From: a virus
Length of the DNA: 64,000 nucleotides
Strand: one strand, 5' to 3'
IMG/VR virus record: IMGVR_UViG_3300045988_049479
Location: 117,652-181,651 of that record
Position numbers and translations under genes: made by a program. How positions within the stretch are numbered: position 1 is the stretch's first letter; every line of letters starts with the position of its first letter. This document shows, one piece after another, positions 21,958 through 31,030 of this stretch. Below the pieces are notes generated by a model. The model saw nothing but the letters and a program-made list of their open reading frames with translations. It made no database searches and was not told the DNA's origin.

Positions 21958-22026
21958 TCCCTACTAGTATAATGGATTGCGTCTCCTTTAAAGGAGAAGA
22001 TTCTGGTTCAAGTCCAGAGTAGGGAA
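21958..22026 (+). tRNA. tRNA-like gene (69 nt) with non-canonical anticodon arm (tctcc-TTTAAA-ggaga, 6-nt loop; anticodon would be UUA or UAA)
   Basis: Acceptor tccctac/gtaggga pairs perfectly. T-arm is tctgg-ttcaagt-ccaga. It lies inside a 1 kb ORF-free region. Confidence 0.35.
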
Positions 22027-22628
22027 CTACTAAGTTGCAGTATTCATATTATTGTCGGACCATAATGGGTATGCCCTGAGACTATGCAGTCGTTGTGAAA
22101 CAACTCAAAGTATTGTGGCACAGGAAGGTCTGGTCGTTACTCTTTGCTTATTTTATTAATTTCCATTTTGACTAAAAGGCACAGCGGTGCCTTTACTCTC
22201 AAGATAAGAACAACCTTTACGTGGTTTGAGAGATAAGTAAGCTGCTTTAGCTGAAACTAATAGTTCTAGTAACAATTAAAAATATTTACCATGAAAGAGA
22301 AAATGAAACGTATTGAGGAGTACACTAAAGCAATGAGAGAGCTACTAGATAGACTCTTGGAGCAAAACCCAGATTCAGAGAATGAAATCTATGATGAAAT
22401 ATGGGGAGCTTATGTTGCAGGCATGAAGGTGTTCTTATAACTCCTATTCTAGCTGAGAATTAAAACTAGCTGGCTTTTATCACTCTTTGTAAAAGCTCAA
22501 AAATTAAAAAGAGAAATCTAGAACGGTAAGCCCGGCTCTCTTCATCCTTTAACTGATTTAGAAGTAAAACAGAAATTAGTTGGCAGCCTGGAATAGACAG
22601 GTATTTTTAACTAAAAATTATAGAAAAA

Positions 22629-23093
22629 ATGAACACAGTAGAAATTAACAGCTTAAAGAAGTATTCAGAGTTTACAACAACATTTCGTATTCCATTCAAA
22701 AAGGCAAATGATGTAGAAGCTAAATGCTATACGCCTATGGATGTAATTGACGCTTGGAAAGAAGTATGCATACAGGCGTTAGAAATGAGAATGGAGGCGT
22801 GTCTGTCAATGTTGCTCAGGAACAGAGATCGAGTGATAGAATCCGACGAAGAATGTGTTGTTTTCAGAAAGCCCAACGGACATCTTCATTTCTTCAACCA
22901 CTCCAGCTTTCAGGCTATGGAAGCTCTAGTAGAAGCTCTTAAAGAAGAGGGTCCAATAGTACTCGACTCCCTCCAAGTAGACCAATTATTGAAGGCTTTG
23001 TACTGGATTCCAGAAAAGTTGAAAAAAGATCATCAAGAATTTGGATTTGGAGAATTAATAAGCTGTTTGACCTGCCTAGCCTACAAAGCTTAG
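22629..23093 (+). CDS. Hypothetical protein
   Basis: Tracker ORF of 154 aa. Confidence 0.45.
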   Translation: MNTVEINSLKKYSEFTTTFRIPFKKANDVEAKCYTPMDVIDAWKEVCIQALEMRMEACLSMLLRNRDRVIESDEECVVFRKPNGHLHFFNHSSFQAMEALVEALKEEGPIVLDSLQVDQLLKALYWIPEKLKKDHQEFGFGELISCLTCLAYKA

Positions 23094-23289
23094 GCTGAAT
23101 AAAAAACTCAATAACTTCCCAAGACATTGAGGGCACCAGTTTCTTATTGAAAAGCAAAACTATATCGTAAATTCGATTGATTAGTTCAAAGATGAACGAA
23201 AAGGATTTAAAGCCTTTGTCAATTGATGCCGTATAATGCTATAAATATAAGTTTTAGGTGTAAAATGCGATTAATAAAAGAAAAAGATT

Positions 23290-23883
23290 ATGGAACAGTA
23301 TTTAGATGCAAAAATTAAGAGATTTACTCAAAAGCAATTATTCAAGAAAATAACTAAAGTTAAAACTATGCTAGGTTTAGGAGGATTACATCCTGAGAAA
23401 TACCTAGAAGTTGTACCCGAACATAAAAATTGTGTCCTAGTTGACTTCAATCCAGCAGATGCATTAGTAAGAAGAAATTCTCTTATTGGAGAGTTTGATT
23501 TACTTACTAATTCTCCAGCGGAGAGAAGTCCGCTTAACTTCGTTGATTGTGATTTCTGCAAGTCTATTATAAATAATGGAGCAGATTTACTATATATTTA
23601 TACGAAGATGCAGCTTTCTCCAATTAGAAACAAGTATATCACATTTACTTTTAGTTGTAGAACTGCGGGAGACGAGAGAACAATTGAGTGGTTGGCAAAG
23701 AATTTCCCAGAACTTGATATTCCAAGAAATTACGTGTTTATAAATGATACAAGATGTAAGGAGATTGGATATCGTCAGTATGTTAAACGTATGTATGATC
23801 CAACTAGAGACAGATTCTTAGACATATACAAATACAGAGATTCTGGAGATAACATGATTACCGGACTAATTAAAATCCTCTGA
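23290..23883 (+). CDS. Hypothetical protein
   Basis: Tracker ORF of 197 aa. Confidence 0.45.
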   Translation: MEQYLDAKIKRFTQKQLFKKITKVKTMLGLGGLHPEKYLEVVPEHKNCVLVDFNPADALVRRNSLIGEFDLLTNSPAERSPLNFVDCDFCKSIINNGADLLYIYTKMQLSPIRNKYITFTFSCRTAGDERTIEWLAKNFPELDIPRNYVFINDTRCKEIGYRQYVKRMYDPTRDRFLDIYKYRDSGDNMITGLIKIL

Positions 23884-24895
23884 TGAGTCTTTGAAAATTA
23901 AGACGAAACTACCCATCTTTGGGTAGTCAGGATTAAAAAGAAAAAGAAATGAGAAAGTACAACAGATTAAATTGCGATTCAACTGTTCGCGCAAGATTTA
24001 TAGATACTTGGGGACGAGTAATAACTTTAGTCGGAACCCATGCCTTCGAATATGCCATTCACATAGAAGGAGTAAGAACAGTTACTGAAACATTTGAGAA
24101 TGGAACATTAGCAAGAAAAAGATTTAACGAATTAAAAAAGAAACCATGAGAAAGAGATTTAAGATGAGCAGAATTGCTTCATTAGACAACTATGAGTTGT
24201 CAAGAAAGATTCACGCAATGTACCTCCAAAGATTTCACGAGGAGAACATAGAAGTGATTACAGAGATTTCATCTACATTAGTAATTAAAGAACAAAAGTA
24301 TATTCGGGTATTTGGGAAGTTAATTCCTGTTTCCGAAGAAGAATTGAGAATACATAATACTTTAATATCTGTGAAATGATGGAAGATTTGTTAACAATAG
24401 TAAGATGGGCAATAACATTGCCTGTTTGGTTGCTAGAACATATACTTAAGGCTATGACCTTGATAGTTCTGGTATTGGTAATCGTCGTCATGGCGGTATT
24501 ATATCCGCTATTTCGGTCTATCTGGCGTAAGACAGGACAGTCTGTGATTTTTAAGTATGCAACAAAATGGAGAGGAAACTATCCGCTAACCAAAAAAGTA
24601 TTTGACTTATGGCAATGATGAGAAGAATTACCGAAATAAACGGTGAGATAATTGTGGTAGAAACTATGATTATCGTAGGAGAAATAGTATTAATTACAGT
24701 ACAAATAAATGGAGAACTAGTTCGCTATGAAATATTATCTGTTAGACAGTTATGGGAAGGTCGTTAGGGCCTTCTCAAGCTGGTCTGAGGCTAACAAATT
24801 TCGTATAACTAGAAATAGACCAGATTGGAGGATTGTATGACATACATCGTTGTATTTATAATATTAATCATCATGTGGAAAATGATTGAAGACGA

Positions 24896-25855
24896 ATGAA
24901 AACAGTATTAACCCATACAGGAAAAATCTATGTTGATACAGAACATAGACTAGAGTTCTTAACTGTAGGAGACTATGGTAAGGAGAACAACATCAAGGCT
25001 GATTTCTTAGGTCTAACTAAGGAAATCAATGGAGTAGAGAATACAGCAGTAGACCTAAGCAAGAAATGGGTAGCAACTATTTCAACTCAGAAAGGCTGTC
25101 CTATGCATTGTAAATTCTGTGATGTTCCCAAGTTTGGATTCTATGGAAATGCTTCTATAGAAGATATGGATAGACAAATCCGAACTATTATAGAAGGCGA
25201 AAGTGTCAGAGAAACAGACAGGTTTAATGTACACTTTGCTAGAATGGGAGAACCAACATGGAATGATAATGTATTAGCATTTGGACTTGCTCTCAGAGGT
25301 GTGGTTAAGTCTGCAGGGTTAATAGCTAAAACTGTTCATCCAGTAGTTTCCACGATGCTTCCGAAAGCAAATAATAAGCTTGGAAACTTCTTACAGGTTT
25401 GGTGTAGCATAAAAAATGAGTTCTACAATGGAGAAGCAGGCTTACAGTTTTCAATCAATTCTACAGACGATGAACAGAGAAACGAGCTGTTTGACTCTAA
25501 GAGTTTGTCACTAGCACAAATTTCTCAGTTGGCTAATGAGTTACCAATGCCAGTAGGCAGAAAGTATACTCTAAATTTTCCAGTAACCTCACAAACTATT
25601 CTCGATGCGAAGGAATTGTCAAAGCTATTTGATAGGGAGAAATTTATTGTTAAAATCACTCCTATACATGAAACAGCTTCTGCTATAGAGAATGGTTTCC
25701 AGGTAACTGGATACTCTGATTATGACGTTTATCGTCGCTTTGAACAACCTTTATTGAAAGAAGGTTGGGATGTTATAGTGTTTGTTCCATCTAAGGAGGA
25801 AGATTCTGACCGAATTACTTGTGGGAACGCACTAATCTCTGAAGAAAAGATTTAA
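24896..25855 (+). CDS. Radical SAM domain protein
   Basis: Tracker ORF of 319 aa. GCPMHCKFCDV gives a CxxxCxxC iron-sulfur cluster motif. Confidence 0.5.
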   Translation: MKTVLTHTGKIYVDTEHRLEFLTVGDYGKENNIKADFLGLTKEINGVENTAVDLSKKWVATISTQKGCPMHCKFCDVPKFGFYGNASIEDMDRQIRTIIEGESVRETDRFNVHFARMGEPTWNDNVLAFGLALRGVVKSAGLIAKTVHPVVSTMLPKANNKLGNFLQVWCSIKNEFYNGEAGLQFSINSTDDEQRNELFDSKSLSLAQISQLANELPMPVGRKYTLNFPVTSQTILDAKELSKLFDREKFIVKITPIHETASAIENGFQVTGYSDYDVYRRFEQPLLKEGWDVIVFVPSKEEDSDRITCGNALISEEKI

Positions 25856-25907
25856 CAATTCTTAACTAAGGAGAACGTAGTTCGCTGTATATAATAGCGA
25901 ACACGAT

Positions 25908-25981
25908 GTCCCGTTAGCTCAGTTGGATAGAGCAACAGCCTTCTAAGCTGTGGGTCGTAGGTTCGAATCCTACACGGGATA
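25908..25981 (+). tRNA. tRNA-Arg(TCT)
   Basis: Hand-folded cloverleaf. Anticodon arm acagc-CTTCTAA-gctgt; T-arm gtagg-ttcgaat-cctac. Confidence 0.8.
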
Positions 25982-26221
25982 CTAACAATTAAAAAACAAA
26001 ACTATGATACTATTTATTTATATCTTAGGAGTACTAATGGCATGGTTTCTAATGTATTTAGAAGAGAAATATCGTTATAAGAAGGAAAAGAACTATAAAT
26101 TTACTTTAGGTAATCTGTTATCAAGCATATTCTTTTCTTTATTTTCATGGATTGTAGTAGCAGCGTGCCTAATATCCTTGTCGGATAAAATAATCTTAGT
26201 AGATAAACCCGACTAATTAAT

Positions 26222-26295
26222 GACTCCGTAGCTCAGTTGGTTAGAGCACGATACTTTTAATATCGGGGTCCCGAGTTCGAATCTCGGCGGAGTCA
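26222..26295 (+). tRNA. tRNA-Lys(TTT)
   Basis: Acceptor gactccg/cggagtc; anticodon loop CTTTTAA. Confidence 0.8.
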
Positions 26296-26349
26296 CTCTT
26301 TTTCTTTTATTCCGCTAGTAAACATTTGTTGTGAAACACGTGTTTGCAT

Positions 26350-26422
26350 CTGGGTATAGTCGAGTTGGTAAGATGCTACATTTGGGATGTAGAGACCGCA
26401 GGTTCGAGTCCTGCTATCCAGA
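26350..26422 (+). tRNA. tRNA-Pro(TGG)
   Basis: Acceptor ctgggta/tatccag; anticodon arm ctaca-TTTGGGA-tgtag. Confidence 0.7.
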
Positions 26423-26627
26423 CAAGAAGTAATCAACATTCACTATTAGTACAGCAATTAGGACTGTAGGGTGCCTTTTAGATGAATCCCTGATTACTCC
26501 GATTAACAGAGGCAATGTCCTTAATATCGTTACCACGCACTGCGGCTATTAGCTGTTAGATGATTTGGGGTGCCAAATGGAAGAACGGTAACAGCTATGT
26601 TAATTAGAACGAATCTGTTAATTGTAT

Positions 26628-26710
26628 GGGAGTGCGCCAACGTTGGAGAGTTGGGCTTGACTGTAAATCAAGTGCCTATGGCTTAGAAGGTTCGAATCCT
26701 TCCACTCCCA
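26628..26710 (+). tRNA. tRNA-Tyr(GTA), type II
   Basis: Acceptor gggagtg/cactccc; loop CTGTAAA; long variable arm. Confidence 0.75.
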
Positions 26711-27332
26711 CAAATTTAATGAATATGTTAATAGGATTTTTAGTATTTATTACTCTAGAAATAGCTATAATAGCTACTATAGGGTTTACTTATTTTCACG
26801 AAGATGATAAGAATTTCAAGAATTATCGCAAAGGAAAGAATAGCTGATTTGTTAGACTTAAATTTCGTGTCTAAGATAGAATTAAGACAGGGAAAACAAG
26901 GATTTAATAATCCTGCTATTTGTAGAGTAGAAATCTATTTACTACTTGAAAACGACAAAGAGTACTTTAACTCCAAAATGACTGATATTATGTCATGGGC
27001 ACAAAAGAACAAATGTAACATTGCTTTTACTACTGCTAGTATGGCTCTCAAAGACGGATTTATTAAAGAATCTGCTTTTGATGACTTTAACTATCCAGTT
27101 CCTAAAAAGTATAAGGCATTATGTGATATTTATTCAGCAAGTTACTTTAATCTATTTAATAGAAGAAAGCTATAATGGAAGACAAGTACGAAGGATTATC
27201 TGATGAAGAACTTAAAGAGATTTTCGAAGATATGGAAGCAGACTATTGGATAGACTACTATCAGTCTCTTTGCGAATGAAACGCAGCAGTTGGCTTTCGG
27301 AATCTCTGTCTTAACAAAATGAGTCCGTAATT

Positions 27333-27416
27333 GGGATTGTAACCGGTAATTGGTAGCCGCGCAGACTGTAAATCTGCTCTCTTTTGAGACTGGAGGTTCG
27401 AGTCCTCCCAATCCCA
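27333..27416 (+). tRNA. tRNA-Tyr(GTA), second copy, type II
   Basis: Acceptor gggattg/caatccc; anticodon arm gcaga-CTGTAAA-tctgc; 14-nt variable arm. Confidence 0.7.
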
Positions 27417-28378
27417 CACATTTTAATTAATTAGATTATGACAAAAGAAGAAGCAATTAGAGCTATGTCTGAAGGAAAGAAAGTAAGGCATAGATACTTT
27501 AGTAAAGACGAATGGGTAACTATAAATTCCAGCGGACTATATGAGTTCGAGGATGGTGTAAAAGTTGATTCATCGTTATTTTGGATGGACAGACAGGATT
27601 CCTACTGGAATGATGGATGGAGCTTAGTTTAACTTTAAATAAGAATAAAATGACAACGTATGAGTACGGAAAAGGATACTTGCCAGAAATCTGGTACTAG
27701 TGTAATATTCCAAAAAGAAATTACGCAGTGTAGGGAATGTCCTCATTGTAGAATCGCTCCTGACCCAGACCCTGATGACTGGTTCAATGACGATGATGAA
27801 AAAGCGCTTTGTAAAGAAGCAGGTAATAAACTAATTGAGGGAATGTTAAGACCTTACGAAAGGGTATTAATTCCGGATTGGTGTCCATTAAAAACTAATA
27901 AACAAAAATGAATAGAATTAAGACAAAAGCCTATCTTGAGGTAACTTTAGAGCAGGCACGCGAATGGTATGAAAGCGGTAATGAAGACTTGAAGAAATTA
28001 GCTCTTACTGCATTTAGTGAGGAAATGCTAATTCCTTCCTTTAAAGAGATAGTAGAGTCTGAAGAAGATTATGGTTTTTGGAATACATTAGTATGTCCTC
28101 CAAGCATGACAGAACAACTCAGTTCTCTAGCTAGTTTACAAATAGTTGCTAACTATCTAAATAAAGGATGGATCAAAACAGAAGGTAATACTGGCTATTT
28201 TCTTGGAAAAGGTTCTTCTCTGTCTGGAAAGACGGAAACTGATATAAAAGGAGTGTACGTCGCCATGCATCAAGATGTAAAGTATCCAGGTGTTGTTTAT
28301 TTCAGAACTGTAGCTGATGCACAGAAAGCAGTAAAGATTCTTGGTAAAAAGTTATTGCCATTACTTAAATAATTTGAT

Positions 28379-28452
28379 GGTGTTATTAGTTCAGTTGGCA
28401 GAACGCTACATTGTGGCTGTAGAGGTCAGCGGTTCGAGTCCGCTATAACACC
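28379..28452 (+). tRNA. tRNA-His(GTG) with G-1
   Basis: Anticodon arm ctaca-TTGTGGC-tgtag; acceptor gtgttat/ataacac with an extra 5' G. Confidence 0.75.
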
Positions 28453-28482
28453 CTAATCATGTTTTATTAAATATTATAACGA

Positions 28483-29043
28483 ATGAAAAAGACAATTGAA
28501 ATTGAATGTCCAGATGGTTATAAACCCATCTATAATGCCGAAACTGGCAATGTTGAAATCGTTCCAGAAAACATTATGGGACGGATAAGAACCTATGAGG
28601 ATGCTGTAAACTATCTAGGGTGTGTTACTAGAGATACTATTTACTATAATAGATCTGTAAATTCTCTAGCTAAGTTGCAGACAGTCTTGGATGCGCTAAA
28701 TGAAGGTCACAAGTTCAATCTGTTAACTGGTACTATATGGTATCCCTGGGTTCGCTTCTTTAGAATGAAATCAGTTCCGAAGGATGCAGAGGTCATTGGT
28801 CACTTCCGTTATCAGGGCGAGAAATTCGCGTTGGTGGGCGGCTACGCGGATCTTGGCGGCGGTGCGGGTCTCGGCTATTTCTTTTCTCACCTTGGCGTCG
28901 GCGATGCCGATTCCGGTGTCGGGATGCTAGCGTGCAAATCTGAAGAAATTGCAAAATATGTGTCAACTCAGTTTGGAAAGCTAGTGTTTGATGCTTGTTT
29001 TGCAAGACATTTTGAAGGTAGAGAATTTGAATGGCTTGACTAA
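28483..29043 (+). CDS. DGR target protein 2 (remote, opposite strand from the RT/TR); carries VR2 about 40 codons before its C-terminus
   Basis: Tracker ORF of 186 aa. The stretch ALVGGYADLGGGAGLGYFFSHLGVGDADSGVGM is encoded by the GC-rich 28831-28923. Confidence 0.7.
   Translation: MKKTIEIECPDGYKPIYNAETGNVEIVPENIMGRIRTYEDAVNYLGCVTRDTIYYNRSVNSLAKLQTVLDALNEGHKFNLLTGTIWYPWVRFFRMKSVPKDAEVIGHFRYQGEKFALVGGYADLGGGAGLGYFFSHLGVGDADSGVGMLACKSEEIAKYVSTQFGKLVFDACFARHFEGREFEWLD
28831..28923 (+). repeat. DGR variable repeat VR2
   Basis: A 31-codon gap-free alignment to the TR and VR1. Every mismatch against the TR inside the repeat falls at a TR adenine; one c-to-t lies at the 5' edge. Confidence 0.8.
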
Positions 29044-29522
29044 TGAAAAAGTTCCTTGTATTTATGCTTGCTATGCTCTGGATGAGCGTAGCAGCTTTTT
29101 CTCAGATAACTATATCACAAGAAGACTATGATAAGTTGCCAAGCGATACTAGAACTCAAATTGAGAAGATAACAACAGAGAAAGCTATAAAGGGTGAAAT
29201 CAAAGAAGTATCTGAATATGCAAGTCTCGGAAAAGAGATTGGAGTTGCAGTAAATGAGACACTAAAGGCAGTTGAAGATTCGGCTATAAGAATATCTGAA
29301 TCTAATCTAGGACAAACAGCGATAACTATTGTAGTATGGAAATTACTATATAAGGAGATAGCTGGAGTCGTAATAGGTATACTACTGTTAGGAATATCTC
29401 TATTTTTACTAATAACTGGAAGAGGAAAACTATCTAAAGACGATGAAGATGCTGGCGGATGGATAAGTGTAGTCGGTGGCGCAGTATTCTTTATTTCTTC
29501 TATGATTTGTGTATTTGGCTGA
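29043..29522 (+). CDS. Membrane protein (signal peptide plus C-terminal transmembrane helices)
   Basis: Tracker ORF of 159 aa. N-terminus MKKFLVFMLAMLWMSVAAFS. Its start overlaps the stop of target 2. Confidence 0.45.
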   Translation: MKKFLVFMLAMLWMSVAAFSQITISQEDYDKLPSDTRTQIEKITTEKAIKGEIKEVSEYASLGKEIGVAVNETLKAVEDSAIRISESNLGQTAITIVVWKLLYKEIAGVVIGILLLGISLFLLITGRGKLSKDDEDAGGWISVVGGAVFFISSMICVFG

Positions 29523-30078
29523 GGAGCAGTCCAGGCTATAGGCTGGTGTATTCTAGCTATATTCTGTGTATTATTGCTTCTTGGATGTATATTAGACTAA
29601 CTAATTGGTTAGCCCTCTGGAAGGGTGGCAGAGTCAGGTTTAATGTAATCGTAAAGATGAAAATCTAATACAAATTTTGTAAAAATGAACGCTTGGGAAA
29701 GTTAGTATAAATCTCATCAAGGAAATTTAGGACTAGGAAGAGCTATAGCATACTATACTGCTCATTGCATTCCGGTCCTAATTCCCTTGAATGATACATA
29801 GAAATATGACATTGTAGTAGATAAAGAGGGTTTGAAGAGAGTATCAGTTAAAACTACTCAACATTAGGTAAAGAGTGGAAATTATGAAGTCTTGTTGAAG
29901 AATTGCGGAGGTTCATCTGGAGATTCTAAGATTAGACATTTTGATAATTCTACTTGTGATGTAGTATTTGTAGTAGTTATAACTGGGGACATGTATGAGA
30001 TTCCCTCAAGTGAAATAAATGTTAAAGGAGCCTTGACATTAACCAGTGATTGGGATAAATATAAGGTTTCATTATAAT

Positions 30079-30170
30079 GGAGGTATAAGCCTAATTGCTA
30101 AGGCAGCAGTCTTGAAAACTGCCAGTAATCGTGTAACAGCGATGTGTGGGTTGGAGTCCCACTGCCTCCT
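30079..30170 (+). tRNA. tRNA-Ser(TGA), type II
   Basis: Acceptor ggaggta/tgcctcc; anticodon arm gcagt-CTTGAAA-actgc; long variable arm. Confidence 0.7.
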
Positions 30171-30176
30171 CAATCT

Positions 30177-30249
30177 ATAGGATTAGTGTTAATGGTTAGC
30201 ACGTCAGTCTCCAAAACTGAAAGTAAGAGTTCGACCCTTTTATCCTATG
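30177..30249 (+). tRNA. tRNA-Trp(CCA)
   Basis: Acceptor ataggat/atcctat; anticodon arm tcagt-CTCCAAA-actga; weak T-stem. Confidence 0.55.
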
Positions 30250-30272
30250 CAAATATCAATAACTAAAAACTT

Positions 30273-30491
30273 ATGAAGAGAATTAGATTAATTTGTATGA
30301 TGGCTGTTGTAGCAATAGTTACGGCAGTCTGTTGTTCGTTTACTTCTAGGGAAGACCGAAATCATTTTTCGGTTGAAAAGGTATATACCGACCCTAATAG
30401 TCACATGAATGTCTATAGAGTTTCCGTTCCTGGGAGAGTGTATTACGTACTTCATAATACGACTCAAGGAGGGTTATGTAAATTACTATGA
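30273..30491 (+). CDS. Small lipoprotein-like protein
   Basis: Tracker ORF of 72 aa with a signal peptide and a Cys after it. Confidence 0.3.
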   Translation: MKRIRLICMMAVVAIVTAVCCSFTSREDRNHFSVEKVYTDPNSHMNVYRVSVPGRVYYVLHNTTQGGLCKLL

Positions 30492-31015
30492 GCGAAACTT
30501 ATTATCTCTTAGCAGCCATTTCGTATGGCATTTTTATTGTTCAGTTCATACTCTCTTGGTTTGGTGGCGACACTGACTTAGATGTAGATTTAGATGGAGA
30601 ATTGGACATGGATGTGAGTGATATTGTCTCTTTTAAAGGACTAGTACATTTTGTAATGGGAGCAAGTGGATGGCTTTGTATTAAGCATTCCGTTTCTCAT
30701 TCTATAGAATGGTACGATTATTTAATCGCACTAATATGCGGTATTCTTTTTGTGGTTATACTTTACTACTTATATAAACTTTGTTTAAAACTCCAACATC
30801 AAGTTATTCCTGAAAAGGGTGAAGCCTTAATCGGGAGAATTGGAACAATCACTATTCCTAATGATATTTCTGGTGGTAGTTCTGTTATCTTAGTTGAGAT
30901 AAATGGAATGCTTCAAGAATTGTCAGCTTATGCTGAAGAAGAGCATAAGACGTATAAAAACGGGGACAAAGTGAGAATTTCAAAATTTGAGAATGGAAAG
31001 TATTATTTTAACTAA
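30488..31015 (+). CDS. NfeD-like membrane protein (flotillin partner, C-terminal OB-fold)
   Basis: Tracker ORF of 175 aa. N-terminal transmembrane helices are followed by GEALIGRIGTITIPNDISGGSSVILVEINGMLQELSAYAEEE...GDKVRISKF. It sits directly upstream of the flotillin gene. Confidence 0.55.
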   Translation: MSETYYLLAAISYGIFIVQFILSWFGGDTDLDVDLDGELDMDVSDIVSFKGLVHFVMGASGWLCIKHSVSHSIEWYDYLIALICGILFVVILYYLYKLCLKLQHQVIPEKGEALIGRIGTITIPNDISGGSSVILVEINGMLQELSAYAEEEHKTYKNGDKVRISKFENGKYYFN

Positions 31016-31030
31016 AAAGAATTTTTAAAG

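Noticed and set aside
26440-26620. ORF-free stretch between tRNA-Pro and tRNA-Tyr with repeated ggg(g)tgcc motifs, considered as another tRNA or ncRNA
   Set aside because: There is no T-arm or acceptor pairing and no convincing fold. It is left unannotated.
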